Positions 36,038 to 46,488 are shown, counted from the first letter of the stretch. The stretch is DNA of 64,000 bases from an uncultured Candidatus Binatia bacterium (GCA_965220955.1 CBDCRK010000004.1:23277-87276), one strand, 5' to 3'. The notes: generated by a model from the letters alone, not told the origin. Program-made: numbers and translations.

Positions 36038-38266
36038 ATGGCAACATCAAAAATTACGTGGACAAAGATTGATGAAGCGCCGGCATTGGCAACATACGCT
36101 TTACTCCCTATTGTTCGGGCCTATACAAAAGGGTCCGGTATTGAGGTTGAAACAAGCGACATCTCTCTTGCCGGTAGAATCATTGCTAACTTTCCCGACA
36201 AACTGACCGAGGAGCAAAAAATTCCCGATTGTCTGAGGCAACTGGGTGAGCTGGCAGAGACTCCAGAGGCCAATATCATTAAGCTGCCGAATATCAGTGC
36301 TACCATTCCTCAGCTGCAAAGCACCATCAAGGAGCTGCAAGAAAAAGGATATGATATTCCTGACTATCCGGAAGAACCCAAAAACGATGCGGAGAGGGCC
36401 CTGCAAGCCAGATTTGCCACAGTTCTCGGTTCGGCCGTCAATCCTGTCCTGCGGGAAGGCAATTCTGATCGCAGAGCAGCGGTTTCAGTCAAGAAGTTTG
36501 CCCAAAAGAATCCTCATAAAATGATGCAGGCCTGGCCGGAGACGGGGTCTAGGGCACGTGTTGCCCACATGGATCATAGTGATTTCTTCGAGAGTGAGAA
36601 ATCCACCACAATGGCAAAAGCGAGCAATGTCCGGATCGAATTTATTGGCAATGATGGAAAGGTCACCGTCCTGAAAGAAAAGCTCTCTCTTCTTGAGGGT
36701 GAAGTCATCGATGCGTCCGTCATGAACGTGGCTGCGTTGCGTAAGTACTATGCTGAGCAGATGGAGGCGGCAAAGAAAGATGGGGCGTTACTGTCTTTGC
36801 ACCTCAAAGCAACCATGATGAAAGTCTCTGATCCCATCATGTTCGGTCACTGTGTGTCTGTGTACTACCAAGAGGCTCTCGACAAGCACGCAGATGTCCT
36901 CAAAGAGATCGGGGCCAATGTCAACAATGGTCTGGCTGATGTTCTTGCCAAACTCGATCGGCTTCCCCCTGACAAAAAAGCCGAGATCGAAGCGGACATT
37001 GCCGCGGTGTATGAGAATCGTCCGGCTCTTGCGATGGTCAATGCAAGAAGAGGCATCACCAATCTGCACGTCCCGAATGACATCATCGTTGATGCGTCCA
37101 TGCCCAATGTTGTACGTGACGGTGGTCGGATGTGGAATAAGGACGACGAGCTGCAAGACTGTATCGCCATGGTGCCGGATCGTTGTTATGCGACCATGTA
37201 TCGGGAAATTCTTGAAGACGCGAAGAAGCATGGACAGTTTGACCCTGCAACAATGGGCAATGTCTCCAACGTCGGTCTGATGGCTCGGAAAGCGGAAGAG
37301 TACGGTTCTCATGACAAGACCTTCGAAGCGCCTGCTGACGGAAAGATTCGCGTTGTCGACGCTTCAGGTACCACGCTCCTTGAGCAGTCCGTGGAAGTCG
37401 GTGATATCTTCAGAATGAGCCAGACCAAAGATGCTCCTATCCAGGACTGGGTGAAGTTGGCAGTGAGAAGAGCAAAAGCGACCGGAGCACCGGCGATTTT
37501 CTGGCTAGACGAGCGCCGAGGACACGATAAGGAAATCATCAAGAAGGTGAACAAATATCTGCCGAATCATGACACCACAGGCCTTGACATTCGCATCATG
37601 AAGCCTCAAGAAGCGATGAAGGTTTCCCTAGAAAGGATCCGGATAGGAGAAGATACGATTTCGGTTACGGGTAATGTTCTGCGTGATTACCTGACCGATC
37701 TGTTCCCGATTCTGGAGCTGGGAACCAGCGCACGGATGCTGTCGATTGTCCCTCTGCTGAATGGTGGCGGACTATTCGAGACAGGCGCTGGCGGTTCGGC
37801 TCCCAAGCATGTGCAGCAGTTCCTGCAAGAAGGTCACCTGAGATGGGATTCCCTGGGTGAGTACTGCGCTCTCGTCCCGTCCCTTGAGATGATAGCCGAA
37901 ACCACCAAGAATGAAAAAGCAGCGATTTTGGCAGAGACGCTTGATCAAGCAGTCAGCAAATACTTTGAAAAGGCAAAGTCTCCTTCCCGTAAGGTGAATG
38001 AGATCGATAACAGAGGCAGCACCTTCTATCTTGCCATGTACTGGGCACAGGCGCTGGCTGCACAGAACAAAGATGCGTCAATGCAGGCTCGTTTTGCCAA
38101 GGTGGAAAAAAAACTCGAGGAGAATGAAGCCAAGATCACTGAAGAACTTCTCGCCGCTCAAGGCGAGCCTGTTGATATTGGTGGTTACTACCTCCCAGAG
38201 CCAATAAAGGCAACACAAACGATGCGTCCCAGCCCTACCTTTAACGAAATTATTGACGAGATGTAA
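36038..38266 (+). CDS. icd: NADP-dependent isocitrate dehydrogenase, monomeric type
   Basis: 742 aa. The N-terminus [26 protein letters not shown] and the overall length are characteristic of monomeric IDH. Confidence 0.85.
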   Translation: MATSKITWTKIDEAPALATYALLPIVRAYTKGSGIEVETSDISLAGRIIANFPDKLTEEQKIPDCLRQLGELAETPEANIIKLPNISATIPQLQSTIKELQEKGYDIPDYPEEPKNDAERALQARFATVLGSAVNPVLREGNSDRRAAVSVKKFAQKNPHKMMQAWPETGSRARVAHMDHSDFFESEKSTTMAKASNVRIEFIGNDGKVTVLKEKLSLLEGEVIDASVMNVAALRKYYAEQMEAAKKDGALLSLHLKATMMKVSDPIMFGHCVSVYYQEALDKHADVLKEIGANVNNGLADVLAKLDRLPPDKKAEIEADIAAVYENRPALAMVNARRGITNLHVPNDIIVDASMPNVVRDGGRMWNKDDELQDCIAMVPDRCYATMYREILEDAKKHGQFDPATMGNVSNVGLMARKAEEYGSHDKTFEAPADGKIRVVDASGTTLLEQSVEVGDIFRMSQTKDAPIQDWVKLAVRRAKATGAPAIFWLDERRGHDKEIIKKVNKYLPNHDTTGLDIRIMKPQEAMKVSLERIRIGEDTISVTGNVLRDYLTDLFPILELGTSARMLSIVPLLNGGGLFETGAGGSAPKHVQQFLQEGHLRWDSLGEYCALVPSLEMIAETTKNEKAAILAETLDQAVSKYFEKAKSPSRKVNEIDNRGSTFYLAMYWAQALAAQNKDASMQARFAKVEKKLEENEAKITEELLAAQGEPVDIGGYYLPEPIKATQTMRPSPTFNEIIDEM

Positions 38267-38274
38267 ATGTAAAC

Positions 38275-38913
38275 ATGTACACCCCCAAAGCTTTTGCAGT
38301 CTCAGATGTGTCTGTGCTGAATGACTTTATGGTGAGCAATAGCTTTGCGACGCTCATCAGCACCGTGAACGGCCTTCCCTTCGCAACCCATCTGCCGCTG
38401 ATTCTCGACCGCACTGAGTCGCCACAGGGGACCCTCTTGGGACACATGGCCCGCGCCAATCCGCATTGGCGTGCGTTCGATGGGCAGCAAGAAGCGCTCG
38501 CCATTTTTCACGGTCCTCATGCCTATATTTCGCCTAGTTGGTACACCACCTCCCCGGCTGTACCGACGTGGAACTATGCGGTTGTGCATGTGTCCGGCGC
38601 GCCTCGGGTTGTCGATGATATAGAGTGGTTATCTCGCTTTGTAGATCGCCTGGTGACCATCTACGAAGCGGGGCGGGCACAGCCGTGGCTCGGAGTGCTC
38701 CCAGCCGAATTCAAGAGCGATTTGCTGAAAGCGATTGTGGGCTTTGCCATGCCCATTGAGCGAGTGGAAGGGAAGTTCAAATTGGGCCAGAACCGTCCAG
38801 TGGCAGACCAGCAAGGCGTCGTGCGCCATCTGGAAGCCAGTACCGATCCCGTGGCGCAAGCCTTAGGGGTACTGACGAAGAGCCATCTGAGCTGGGACGA
38901 TGAGGCCCGCTAA
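38275..38913 (+). CDS. FMN-binding negative transcriptional regulator (PaiB family)
   Basis: MYTPKAFAVSD...FATLIS...THLPLILDR...GTLLGHMARANPHW...ISPSWY matches the PaiB pattern. Confidence 0.75.
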   Translation: MYTPKAFAVSDVSVLNDFMVSNSFATLISTVNGLPFATHLPLILDRTESPQGTLLGHMARANPHWRAFDGQQEALAIFHGPHAYISPSWYTTSPAVPTWNYAVVHVSGAPRVVDDIEWLSRFVDRLVTIYEAGRAQPWLGVLPAEFKSDLLKAIVGFAMPIERVEGKFKLGQNRPVADQQGVVRHLEASTDPVAQALGVLTKSHLSWDDEAR

Positions 38914-39041
38914 CCATGCGCTGCATCGCATCACCGCCATGTGGCGGCTTGGGGGAACCTGAAAGGACACATCTTGGCGGCTCGCGGTGAGCTGGGCCGT
39001 TAGGCTGCAAAAACCAATGGGTTGGAAGGTGTCTAACTGAA

Positions 39042-40055
39042 ATGTCTGCGGAGAATGCCACTATCGATCAGGCGATCGCATGCCATGCAACAGGTCAGCT
39101 GAACGAGGCCCTCAAGCTCTACGTGCAGGCACTCCAAATAAATCCGCGGAACCAGGTTGCAGCAGACCTCATATCGGCCATACTACGGACACACTTCGAA
39201 TTGGCACTCATGTTGATGAAAGTGGGGCGTAACAAGGAAGCGATTCTGAGCTTCCAGCGTGTCCTTGCAATACAACCTGATGAGTCTGTTGTACATGCGT
39301 ATCTCAGTCGACTCTTCATCTCGTGTCATGATTTACAACAGGCCACTATTCACCTCCACCACTATCTCCGTTTGGTACCGGAGGATCCCATCGGGGCCAG
39401 GATGCTCCTCGCCTATACTGGCGCAGAGGCGATCCCGGAAAGGCCCGCGCCATCCTACATTCAACGCTTCTACGACAATTACGCGAACTCTTACGATCAG
39501 AAGCTGGTCAACGGCCTGCAGTACCAATCTCCACAAATTATCCTTGCGGCATTACAGAAGCACTGCCAAGAAAAAGTCGATATTCTTGACCTTGGTTGCG
39601 GTACCGGCTTATGCGGTCAAGCTGTGCAACAGATGGCAAAGCGCCTTGATGGTGTGGATTTATCACCACAGATGCTCGCCAAAGCGAAACAGCTCAATAT
39701 CTATAACCAGCTAGAGGTTGCAGACATCTACCCATTCCTGGAGAAAAAAGCAGGGTGTTATGATGTGATTGTTGCCGCTGGCTTATTTGAGCATATTGGT
39801 AACCCCCGTCAAGTTTTCACTGCTGCGTTCAGAGCACTGAAGGACCGTGGCTTCTTCATTTTTACGGCCGAAGACAACCGGACTCAGGACCTGAGCGTGA
39901 ACAGCTCCGGTTACTACATGCATAGCCGACGCTACCTGGAAGAGCGAGCGACTCGGTGCGGCTTCACCGTCAATTCTCTTGAACCGGCTGTGATGTGGAT
40001 TGAAAACGGCACACCAGTACAGGGACTCTCTGTTGTTCTCAGCAAGCCCCAATAA
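39042..40055 (+). CDS. Class I SAM-dependent methyltransferase with an N-terminal TPR-like region
   Basis: SAM motif I ILDLGCGTGLCG. The N-terminal 130 aa have helical TPR-like repeats. Confidence 0.7.
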   Translation: MSAENATIDQAIACHATGQLNEALKLYVQALQINPRNQVAADLISAILRTHFELALMLMKVGRNKEAILSFQRVLAIQPDESVVHAYLSRLFISCHDLQQATIHLHHYLRLVPEDPIGARMLLAYTGAEAIPERPAPSYIQRFYDNYANSYDQKLVNGLQYQSPQIILAALQKHCQEKVDILDLGCGTGLCGQAVQQMAKRLDGVDLSPQMLAKAKQLNIYNQLEVADIYPFLEKKAGCYDVIVAAGLFEHIGNPRQVFTAAFRALKDRGFFIFTAEDNRTQDLSVNSSGYYMHSRRYLEERATRCGFTVNSLEPAVMWIENGTPVQGLSVVLSKPQ

Positions 40056-40198
40056 TGTAAAGAGAGCCAGCCAGGAGCATGGGAATAAGGGACGTTATAC
40101 CCCACCAATATTAGGCGCCACCGCAAGGGAGGAAGCATGGTTCAAGGGGCTCCAATGGGTCCTTCTGGTAGGGTGTCGATTACTATCAGGGAGCAAGT

Positions 40199-42082
40199 AT
40201 GGCCGAAACGACGTTCGACAGCACAAAAAGATCGCTGCGAGAGCTTATGACAAAGGCGGAATCCGGGGCAATTCAACTTCCAGATTTTCAGCGCGGCTGG
40301 GTCTGGGGTGATGAGGACATTCGCGGCCTTCTCGCATCTATTTCTCAGTCATTCCCAGTGGGCGCACTGATGACGCTCGAGACCGGCGGCAAGATCAACT
40401 TCAAACCGCGCCCAGTAGAGGGTGCGCCAACCTACGCCCACTCGGCAACGCCCGAGGCGCTTCTTCTTGACGGTCAACAGCGCATCACTTCGCTATTTCA
40501 GACGACGCTTCGCCGAGTCGTTGTCGAAACAGTCAATGCGAAGAAGAACGCAATCAAGCGCTGGTATTACATCAATATCGAGAAGGCCCTCGATCCGGAC
40601 GCAGACCGAGAGGAAGCTATTATCGGTCTCCCGGACAACAAACGCCTAACTAGCAATTTCGGACGCGACGTGCACCTCGACCTATCTACTCCCGAAGCCG
40701 AATTCGAGAACTTGATGTTTCCGGTCAACCAAATCTTCAACGACCGAGATTGGGAGCATGGCTTCGAAGATTACTGGCGAGACTGCGGAGACCCTGACAA
40801 GCGCAGCGTCTATCGGAAATTCTATGAAGAGGTCATCCGCGCATTCGATCACTACCAGCTGCCCGTGATCACTCTTGCCAAGGAAACGCCGAAGCAGGCG
40901 GTGTGTCTGGTATTCGAAAAGGTCAACACCGGTGGCAAGAAACTCGACGCTTTCGAGCTTCTGACGGCCATCTACGCTGCGGATGAATTCGAGCTGCGCA
41001 AAGACTGGCATGGCGACCCAAAGACGGATGTCGAAGGCCGTCTTGTCCGTCTCTGCAAATACGACACTCTGAAAGAGATCGCCAGCACGGACTTCCTGCA
41101 AGCGCTCGCGCTACTCAGTACCCGCAACCGTCGTCGTGGTGCGGAACGGGAAGGGCGGATAGGAAGGGAGCTTCCCGCCGTTTCCTGCACGCGGGCAGCA
41201 ATTCTCGATCTACCCCTCAGTGATTACAGGCGCTACGCAGACCAGGTCGAACATGGATTCGTTCTCGCTGCTCGTTTCCTGAGAACTCAAAAGATCTACC
41301 GTGTCAAAGACGTTCCCTACAGGACACAGATAGTTCCGCTCGCCTCTGTTCTTTCCGATCTTGGCGATCTCTGGGATCAAGAGACGGTCAAGGCCAAGAT
41401 CCGGCAATGGTTCTGGTGTGGCATTTTTGGAGAACTCTACGGTTCCGCCATTGAGACCCGTTTCGCCAAAGACTTCATTGAAGTCCGCAACTGGATCGAC
41501 GGTGGCGCGAAGCCAGAAACGGTCAACGAAGCGAACTTTCAACCCGACCGCCTCGACACTATGCGCATGCGACAATCCGCAGCCTACAAGGGCGTTCATG
41601 CGCTTCTGATGCGCGCGGGTGCACGGGACCTTCGTTCGGGTCAGACTATCGACGACACAGTGTTCTGGGATGAGAATGTCGATATCCATCACATCTTTCC
41701 GCAGGCTTGGTGCAAAAAGGCAGGTATTCCGAAGGTCTACGATGCCGTCGCAAACAAGACCCCGCTTACGCGATTGACCAACCAGATCATAGGAGACGCC
41801 GCGCCGTCGGAATATCTCTCGAAACTTGTTGGACAGGGCGCGATCGATCACGCAACACTTGATGAGTGCCTCGCGTCTCACATGATCAATGTCCCACTCC
41901 TGCGTGCCGACGACTTCGAGGCGTTTTATCGTTCGCGCAAGACCGCGCTTTTATGTCTCATTTCCGAGGCCATGGGCAAGTCCACCGACGAAGGCATGGT
42001 TCTGGACGAAGATGAAGGGGATGTAGTCCTGGAACCCGAAGAGGCCATCGAGAGCCAGCGTGATGGAGTACCGGGTCATTAG
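40199..42082 (+). CDS. DUF262 / DUF1524 protein (GmrSD-like type IV modification-dependent restriction enzyme family)
   Basis: N-terminal IQLPDFQRGWVWGDEDIRGLLASISQSFPVG and DGQQRITSL (DUF262, ParB-like). C-terminal DIHHIFPQAWC with a downstream N-K-T-P-L-T segment (His-Me/HNH-like, DUF1524). Confidence 0.8.
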   Translation: MAETTFDSTKRSLRELMTKAESGAIQLPDFQRGWVWGDEDIRGLLASISQSFPVGALMTLETGGKINFKPRPVEGAPTYAHSATPEALLLDGQQRITSLFQTTLRRVVVETVNAKKNAIKRWYYINIEKALDPDADREEAIIGLPDNKRLTSNFGRDVHLDLSTPEAEFENLMFPVNQIFNDRDWEHGFEDYWRDCGDPDKRSVYRKFYEEVIRAFDHYQLPVITLAKETPKQAVCLVFEKVNTGGKKLDAFELLTAIYAADEFELRKDWHGDPKTDVEGRLVRLCKYDTLKEIASTDFLQALALLSTRNRRRGAEREGRIGRELPAVSCTRAAILDLPLSDYRRYADQVEHGFVLAARFLRTQKIYRVKDVPYRTQIVPLASVLSDLGDLWDQETVKAKIRQWFWCGIFGELYGSAIETRFAKDFIEVRNWIDGGAKPETVNEANFQPDRLDTMRMRQSAAYKGVHALLMRAGARDLRSGQTIDDTVFWDENVDIHHIFPQAWCKKAGIPKVYDAVANKTPLTRLTNQIIGDAAPSEYLSKLVGQGAIDHATLDECLASHMINVPLLRADDFEAFYRSRKTALLCLISEAMGKSTDEGMVLDEDEGDVVLEPEEAIESQRDGVPGH

Positions 42083-42097
42083 GACTCGGCGAAGCTG

Positions 42098-42480
42098 GTG
42101 TGCGAGTTATGTCGCGCACGATATTCGGCTCAGGCATTCGGGAATGTGTCTTGTGTCAACTGTGAAGCATGCGAATGTCATTTTACACTCACGTACTTGA
42201 GCGGCTGGCCTAGCTATCATCTGGTGTGGCCCATCCACGGTGGCTTGAACCGTGCGGAGAACCGGGTACTGCTCCATCCCAACTGCCACGCCCAGGTCCA
42301 TAGCCAAGGATTGACCGTGGTGAAACCGCGTCCACAAGTAGGTGTTAGCAAGGCTTGAGCTGCCTGAGGGAGAACTTTCACGAGCAGTTCTGAGGGGGCT
42401 TGGCGGGAGCAATCTCGCCCGGCTACCCGGCGGGCGGTCCGCAAGGGCTGTCCCTACCGCGACGAAAGCACCGGGTGGGA
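42098..42480 (+). mobile_element. 5'-truncated group II intron fragment: IEP C-terminal HNH (En) domain plus flanking 3' intron-like sequence
   Basis: CELC...GWPSYHLVWPIHGGLNRAENRVLLHPNCHAQVHSQGLTVVKPRPQVGVSKA-stop matches the conserved end of bacterial group II intron maturases. The downstream sequence translates to ELSRAVLRGLGGSNLARLP, a pattern I recall commonly following such ORFs. The RT and X domains are absent, and I could not identify domain V. Confidence 0.55.
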
Positions 42481-42654
42481 CTTCATGGAGGAGTTTTGGT
42501 TGTTGACTTCTCGTCACGTCAGGCATAAAGGTCTGCGTAATGACGCCCTGAGATTGCTGATAACGGGCAGTAGGCAAAACTGCCTGAAAACCCTGCCAAT
42601 ATCACATTATCAGGGCAAAATGGCAAGTGAATCAATGGTTAGCCAACAATCGCT

Positions 42655-43893
42655 ATGGGGGGTCGCATGGGCACATTGCAAAGCGCGCTCGACCAAACAC
42701 TGCAGCATGCTCCTTATCAGCTCCTTGCTGACATAGTGTCGGACAAAATAGCCGCGCAAGATGTAACGTTGACCGCCCGCGAGCGTGAACAGTTGCTCAA
42801 CCATATCAGGTCGGACTCCGACGACGTCTTCTGTCTCCGGAGATGGCGCTGGTGGGAGAACCAGCAATTAAAAATCGAGCTCACGGAAGAGGATGCTGAA
42901 GCGGTCCATGATCACTTCACCGAGTTCATTGATACTCAATTGCCGGAATTGATCGCCTCGGCGGTCGAGGACCTGTCGGTCAGTATTCTTCTCACGCTCC
43001 ATCGTAATTGGCGAGCAGAATTGCGGCGTCAGGCCCGAGAGCGTCGGGGTTTCGACAAACGCCTGCAACAGCGGTGGGGTGAGGCAATCAGCCTTCTACG
43101 CATGATGCTCACGGTTTCCCGAGAGCTTGGCGAAATGACGCGCAACTCGATCGCAGATGATCCAGATTTCGCATCTCCCCACCTTCTGGACGTGCTCACA
43201 CGCTTACATGCACGAGCATGCCAGGTGACGGATGAGATAGCGTGTCTTCTCACCTCCGGTTTCGCGGATGGGGCCATAGCGCGCTGGCGGACGCTCCACG
43301 AGATCGCGATTGTCGCCTTCTTCGTCCAAGAGCACGGCGAGGACCTTGCCAGACGGTACACTGACCACCAAGTGGTCGAGTCGTTCCAGGCGGCCAAGGA
43401 CTACCGCGAGTGCTCGGAGCGGCTGGGCTACGAGCCCATGACAGAATCCGAGTTCGATGAGATCCGACAAGCATACGAGGAGATAGTCCAGCGCTACGGA
43501 GGTATGTTCAAGACGCAATATGGCTGGGCGGCTGATGCTCTGGGTCACAATCGGCCTTCACTGAAAGACATCGAACGATCCGCTGGAATCGATCACCTCA
43601 GAGCGCACTACAGACTGGCGAGCCATAATATCCACGCCAATCCCAAAGGTGTGTTTTTCAAGCTTGGCTTGTTCGAGGAAGTCGACGTGCTTCTTGCCGG
43701 TCCCAGCAATGCCGGTTTGGCAGGCCCAGGTCATAATGCCGCAATCTCGCTTTTGCATGTCTCTGTCGCCCAGGGACTGATTCAGCCGAATTTCGATTCA
43801 CTTGTTGGTTTACGGATACTGAGCAGACTGACAGACGAGATAGGCGAGGCCTTTCATAGAGCCCATCGGCAACTCGAAGAGGAAGCTGACTAA
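42655..43893 (+). CDS. Hypothetical protein, possibly DUF5677-like
   Basis: 412-aa ORF. The central ...HARACQVTDEIACLLTSGFADGAIARWRTLHEIAIVAFF... resembles the DUF5677 helical domain as I remember it. It lies between restriction genes. Confidence 0.45.
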   Translation: MGGRMGTLQSALDQTLQHAPYQLLADIVSDKIAAQDVTLTAREREQLLNHIRSDSDDVFCLRRWRWWENQQLKIELTEEDAEAVHDHFTEFIDTQLPELIASAVEDLSVSILLTLHRNWRAELRRQARERRGFDKRLQQRWGEAISLLRMMLTVSRELGEMTRNSIADDPDFASPHLLDVLTRLHARACQVTDEIACLLTSGFADGAIARWRTLHEIAIVAFFVQEHGEDLARRYTDHQVVESFQAAKDYRECSERLGYEPMTESEFDEIRQAYEEIVQRYGGMFKTQYGWAADALGHNRPSLKDIERSAGIDHLRAHYRLASHNIHANPKGVFFKLGLFEEVDVLLAGPSNAGLAGPGHNAAISLLHVSVAQGLIQPNFDSLVGLRILSRLTDEIGEAFHRAHRQLEEEAD

Positions 43894-43903
43894 CAGGCTA
43901 ATC

Positions 43904-43976
43904 AAGCTGACGAGCAAACCGCGTGGCGGTTCTTCAGCGTTTCCTGTAGTTCTATGGCCCGGTTTGCTCGCAGCTT
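43904..43976. repeat. Long inverted repeat after the DUF5677-like gene
   Basis: aagctgacgagcaaaccg (43904-43921) pairs with cggtttgctcgcagctt (43960-43976). 17 bp with one bulged A and a 38-nt loop. Confidence 0.7.
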
Positions 43977-44012
43977 ATCGGCAGCGTTAGCCGGGGGTCG
44001 GAGGTCCGAATC

Positions 44013-44571
44013 ATGATCCGAGTAGACGTCTTATTCTGCACAGTTTTTCTGCTAGTTGCTATTATGGAGCCGGCATGGGCGGCCCCTGGCGACAAGCTCT
44101 ACATCCAGAAGAACGGTGTGAACGTACGTACCGGCCCGGGCACGAACAATCCCGTTCTACTCAAGCTCAACAAAGGACACGAGCTCATTGAGTTCTCGTC
44201 AGGGCAAGTGGATCAACGTCGGAATTGCCCGAACAGGTGGGAAGGACGATTGGATTCATTCCTCCTTGGTTGCGTCCATGTCCCCAGGAGGTACGACAGT
44301 CGCCCCCGCTGATTCTCGTTTCGACGCCTTCGTACGTGACGTCGAGAAACTGAACAACAAGGTCAAACCCATCTCGGGCTTTCCCTTCTTTACCAGGGTG
44401 GAGAACCTCGGCGATGGCATCGTTCAACTCACGGCACCGCGGAACGGTCGCGAGAGCAACCTCAATACGCTCTTCAACCTCTGGTCTGCACACGAAGCGT
44501 CGGGGCTGCCTATCGCTGTCTACATTGTTGATTCCCAAGGCAATATCGTCATGAAGAAGGCGCGCCGTTGA
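44013..44571 (+). pseudogene. Secreted SH3b-domain protein with one frame break near 44190
   Basis: Signal peptide MIRVDVLFCTVFLLVAIMEPAWA, then YIQKNGVNVRTGPGTNNPVLLKLNKGHELIE in one frame. SRQGKWINVGIARTGGKDDWIHSSLV... continues in the next frame to 44571. Confidence 0.6.
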
Positions 44572-44594
44572 AGGCCAATGGCTAACAAGGAGAT

Positions 44595-44623
44595 GGAGCT
44601 GACGGGTGACAGCATGGTTTTTT
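44595..44623 (+). repeat. Left copy of an imperfect direct repeat flanking mrr
   Basis: ggagctgacgggtgacagcatggtttttt. 17 of the first 19 nt match the right copy, and both are followed by T runs. Confidence 0.5.
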
Positions 44624-44735
44624 CTCCAAATCGACCGTCTCATTCCTGTCACTCGCCGCTCATCTCTGACGTTAGGTTCACATTACTAAAGGGTTCAAAG
44701 CTGTCCATAAGATCACCTCAGGTTCTGGAGCATTG

Positions 44736-45614
44736 ATGGAAACGCCACAGTTCTACGAATTCATGAATCCTACTTTACAAGCGATGCGCACAGGCGGCGG
44801 AACCCTGACAAACGGGGAGATCGTCGAGGCGGTCGTGACCCTCATGCAGTTGCCAGATGAGGTACTCGACCGCAAACAACACGGCCACAATCTCGGCGAG
44901 GTTGAGTATCAAATAGCCTGGGCAAAGTCGTATCTCAAGAAAGCCGGCTACCTCACGCAGAGTGCCCGAGGGGTCTGGGCTTTGACGCCCCAAGGCAAAG
45001 AGACGGACAGCGTGGATGGGCGAGCGCTCATGACCGAGATACGCCGAGAGTATGTCGCCCGCCGGAAGGAAAAATCCACCCTCCAAGCCTCTCAGGAACC
45101 ACCGGAGAAAAGTGACGAGGAGGCGTCGGCAGAGGAGGAAATCGAGGAAGAACTCGGTTGGAAGCAACACGTGCTGGCAACCATCCTGACGATGTCCCCG
45201 GATGCCTTTGAACGTCTCAGCCAACGTCTGCTGCGTGAGTGTGGGTTCACCCAGGTGGAGGTCACGGGGCGATCGGGGGATGGCGGTATTGACGGCAAAG
45301 GGGTGTTGCGGCTTGGTGGGCTCATCAACTTTCAGGTGGTCTTTCAAAGCAAGCGCTATGCTGGCACGGTGAGTGCGAGTACGGTTCGGGACTTTCGCGG
45401 TGCCATGATTGGGCGGGCAGACAAAGGGCTCATCCTCTCCACCGGGACCTTCAGCCGCGATGCACGTGCCGAGGCCATCCGCGATGGAGCACCGGCCATC
45501 GACCTCGTGGATGGACAGGAATTGGCCGACCTCCTCAAGAAATACGAACTCGGGGTCAAGACAGTCATGGTAGAAAGGGTCGCAGTGGACGTGGATTGGT
45601 TCAATACGATCTAA
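44736..45614 (+). CDS. mrr: Mrr-family restriction endonuclease (Mrr_N winged helix plus Mrr catalytic domain)
   Basis: The N-terminus PQFYEFMNPTLQAMR...GEIVEAV is Mrr_N-like. The C-terminus has GRSGDGGIDGKGVL...VVFQSKRY, a PD-(D/E)xK Mrr core. Confidence 0.8.
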   Translation: METPQFYEFMNPTLQAMRTGGGTLTNGEIVEAVVTLMQLPDEVLDRKQHGHNLGEVEYQIAWAKSYLKKAGYLTQSARGVWALTPQGKETDSVDGRALMTEIRREYVARRKEKSTLQASQEPPEKSDEEASAEEEIEEELGWKQHVLATILTMSPDAFERLSQRLLRECGFTQVEVTGRSGDGGIDGKGVLRLGGLINFQVVFQSKRYAGTVSASTVRDFRGAMIGRADKGLILSTGTFSRDARAEAIRDGAPAIDLVDGQELADLLKKYELGVKTVMVERVAVDVDWFNTI

Positions 45615-45699
45615 GAGTGACGTGAACCTGGCAAGACAGAGGTCGGGACGGAATCGATTTTCTTCGACGTTCTGCAGTAGCTTAACCTAACATGTCGTC

Positions 45700-45729
45700 G
45701 GAGCTGACTGGTCACAGCGTACGCTTTTT
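45700..45729 (+). repeat. Right copy of the imperfect direct repeat flanking mrr
   Basis: ggagctgactggtcacagcgtacgcttttt. Confidence 0.5.
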
Positions 45730-45796
45730 GTCCATTCTCAGGGAACTTGAGGGTCAGGCTTTTCAATCTTAACCACACCCTGTTCCCAGGCACTAG

Positions 45797-46488
45797 TCAT
45801 ACAGGCCAGATAACCCGGTGCTCTTCGGCAACAAAGCTAACAATAGAGCTCTGATCAATAAATTTAGCCCCGTCTGGCCACGCTTCCTCTGTAAATTCCG
45901 GTGATGCCATCATCTTCTCCATGGCCTGGGTGCTGTCGAACCAGATTTGCGCTACCCCGTCGAATCTTGGCTCTCCGTCCTTAATTAGGATGAATCAAGG
46001 GCATGACACTGGACATAGCGACGCAGGCCCGGAAGTTTTAGTACAATGGGTCCGTGCACCTCTTTCCAATACTGGCGGAAATCGGCCAGGGACATGCCAG
46101 GCTTGCGCTTAAGTAAAAAAATTCCTTTAACTAAGCGGGTATCCTGTTTAATCGGAGCTCCTGCTAGGACCACATGGTCGGTTGCGCGCACCCACAGCAC
46201 CTGGCTCATGTCAATAAAGTTGGACTCATCGGCCAAAGCTCCTTCGCGGTACTCTGTACTCTGTACGGATTCCTGCCCGGCCTGCTCGCTGTCAAGCCAG
46301 GCCTCGGCCACCCCGTCAAAAGGAGAGTCCGCGGGTTCCTGACCAAAGGGGATCTTGTGGCTCTGCACATAAGCCCTCAGTTGAGGAATCTTGCTGGCTA
46401 TTGGTCCATGTACCTCCTTCCAGTAACGATGGAACTCTTGTTGAGCCATCCCCGGTTTGCAACGAATAAAATAGTGAATATGAATCAT
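45797..46488 (-). pseudogene. Tandem EthD-domain protein with one frame break (GG/CC run near 45988)
   Basis: Two EthD-like halves (KPGMAQQEFHRYWKEVHGPI... and KPGMSLADFRQYWKEVHGPI...). The second continues in another frame as LIKDGEPRFDGVAQIWFDSTQAMEKMMASPEF...EEHRVIWPV-stop. Confidence 0.65.

Noticed and set aside
42359-42654. Attempt to identify group II intron domain V/VI (for example gtccctaccgcgacgaaagcaccgggtgggac)
   Set aside because: The candidate stem lacks the AGC catalytic triad and the canonical 2-nt bulge geometry. I therefore call only a truncated fragment, not a functional intron.
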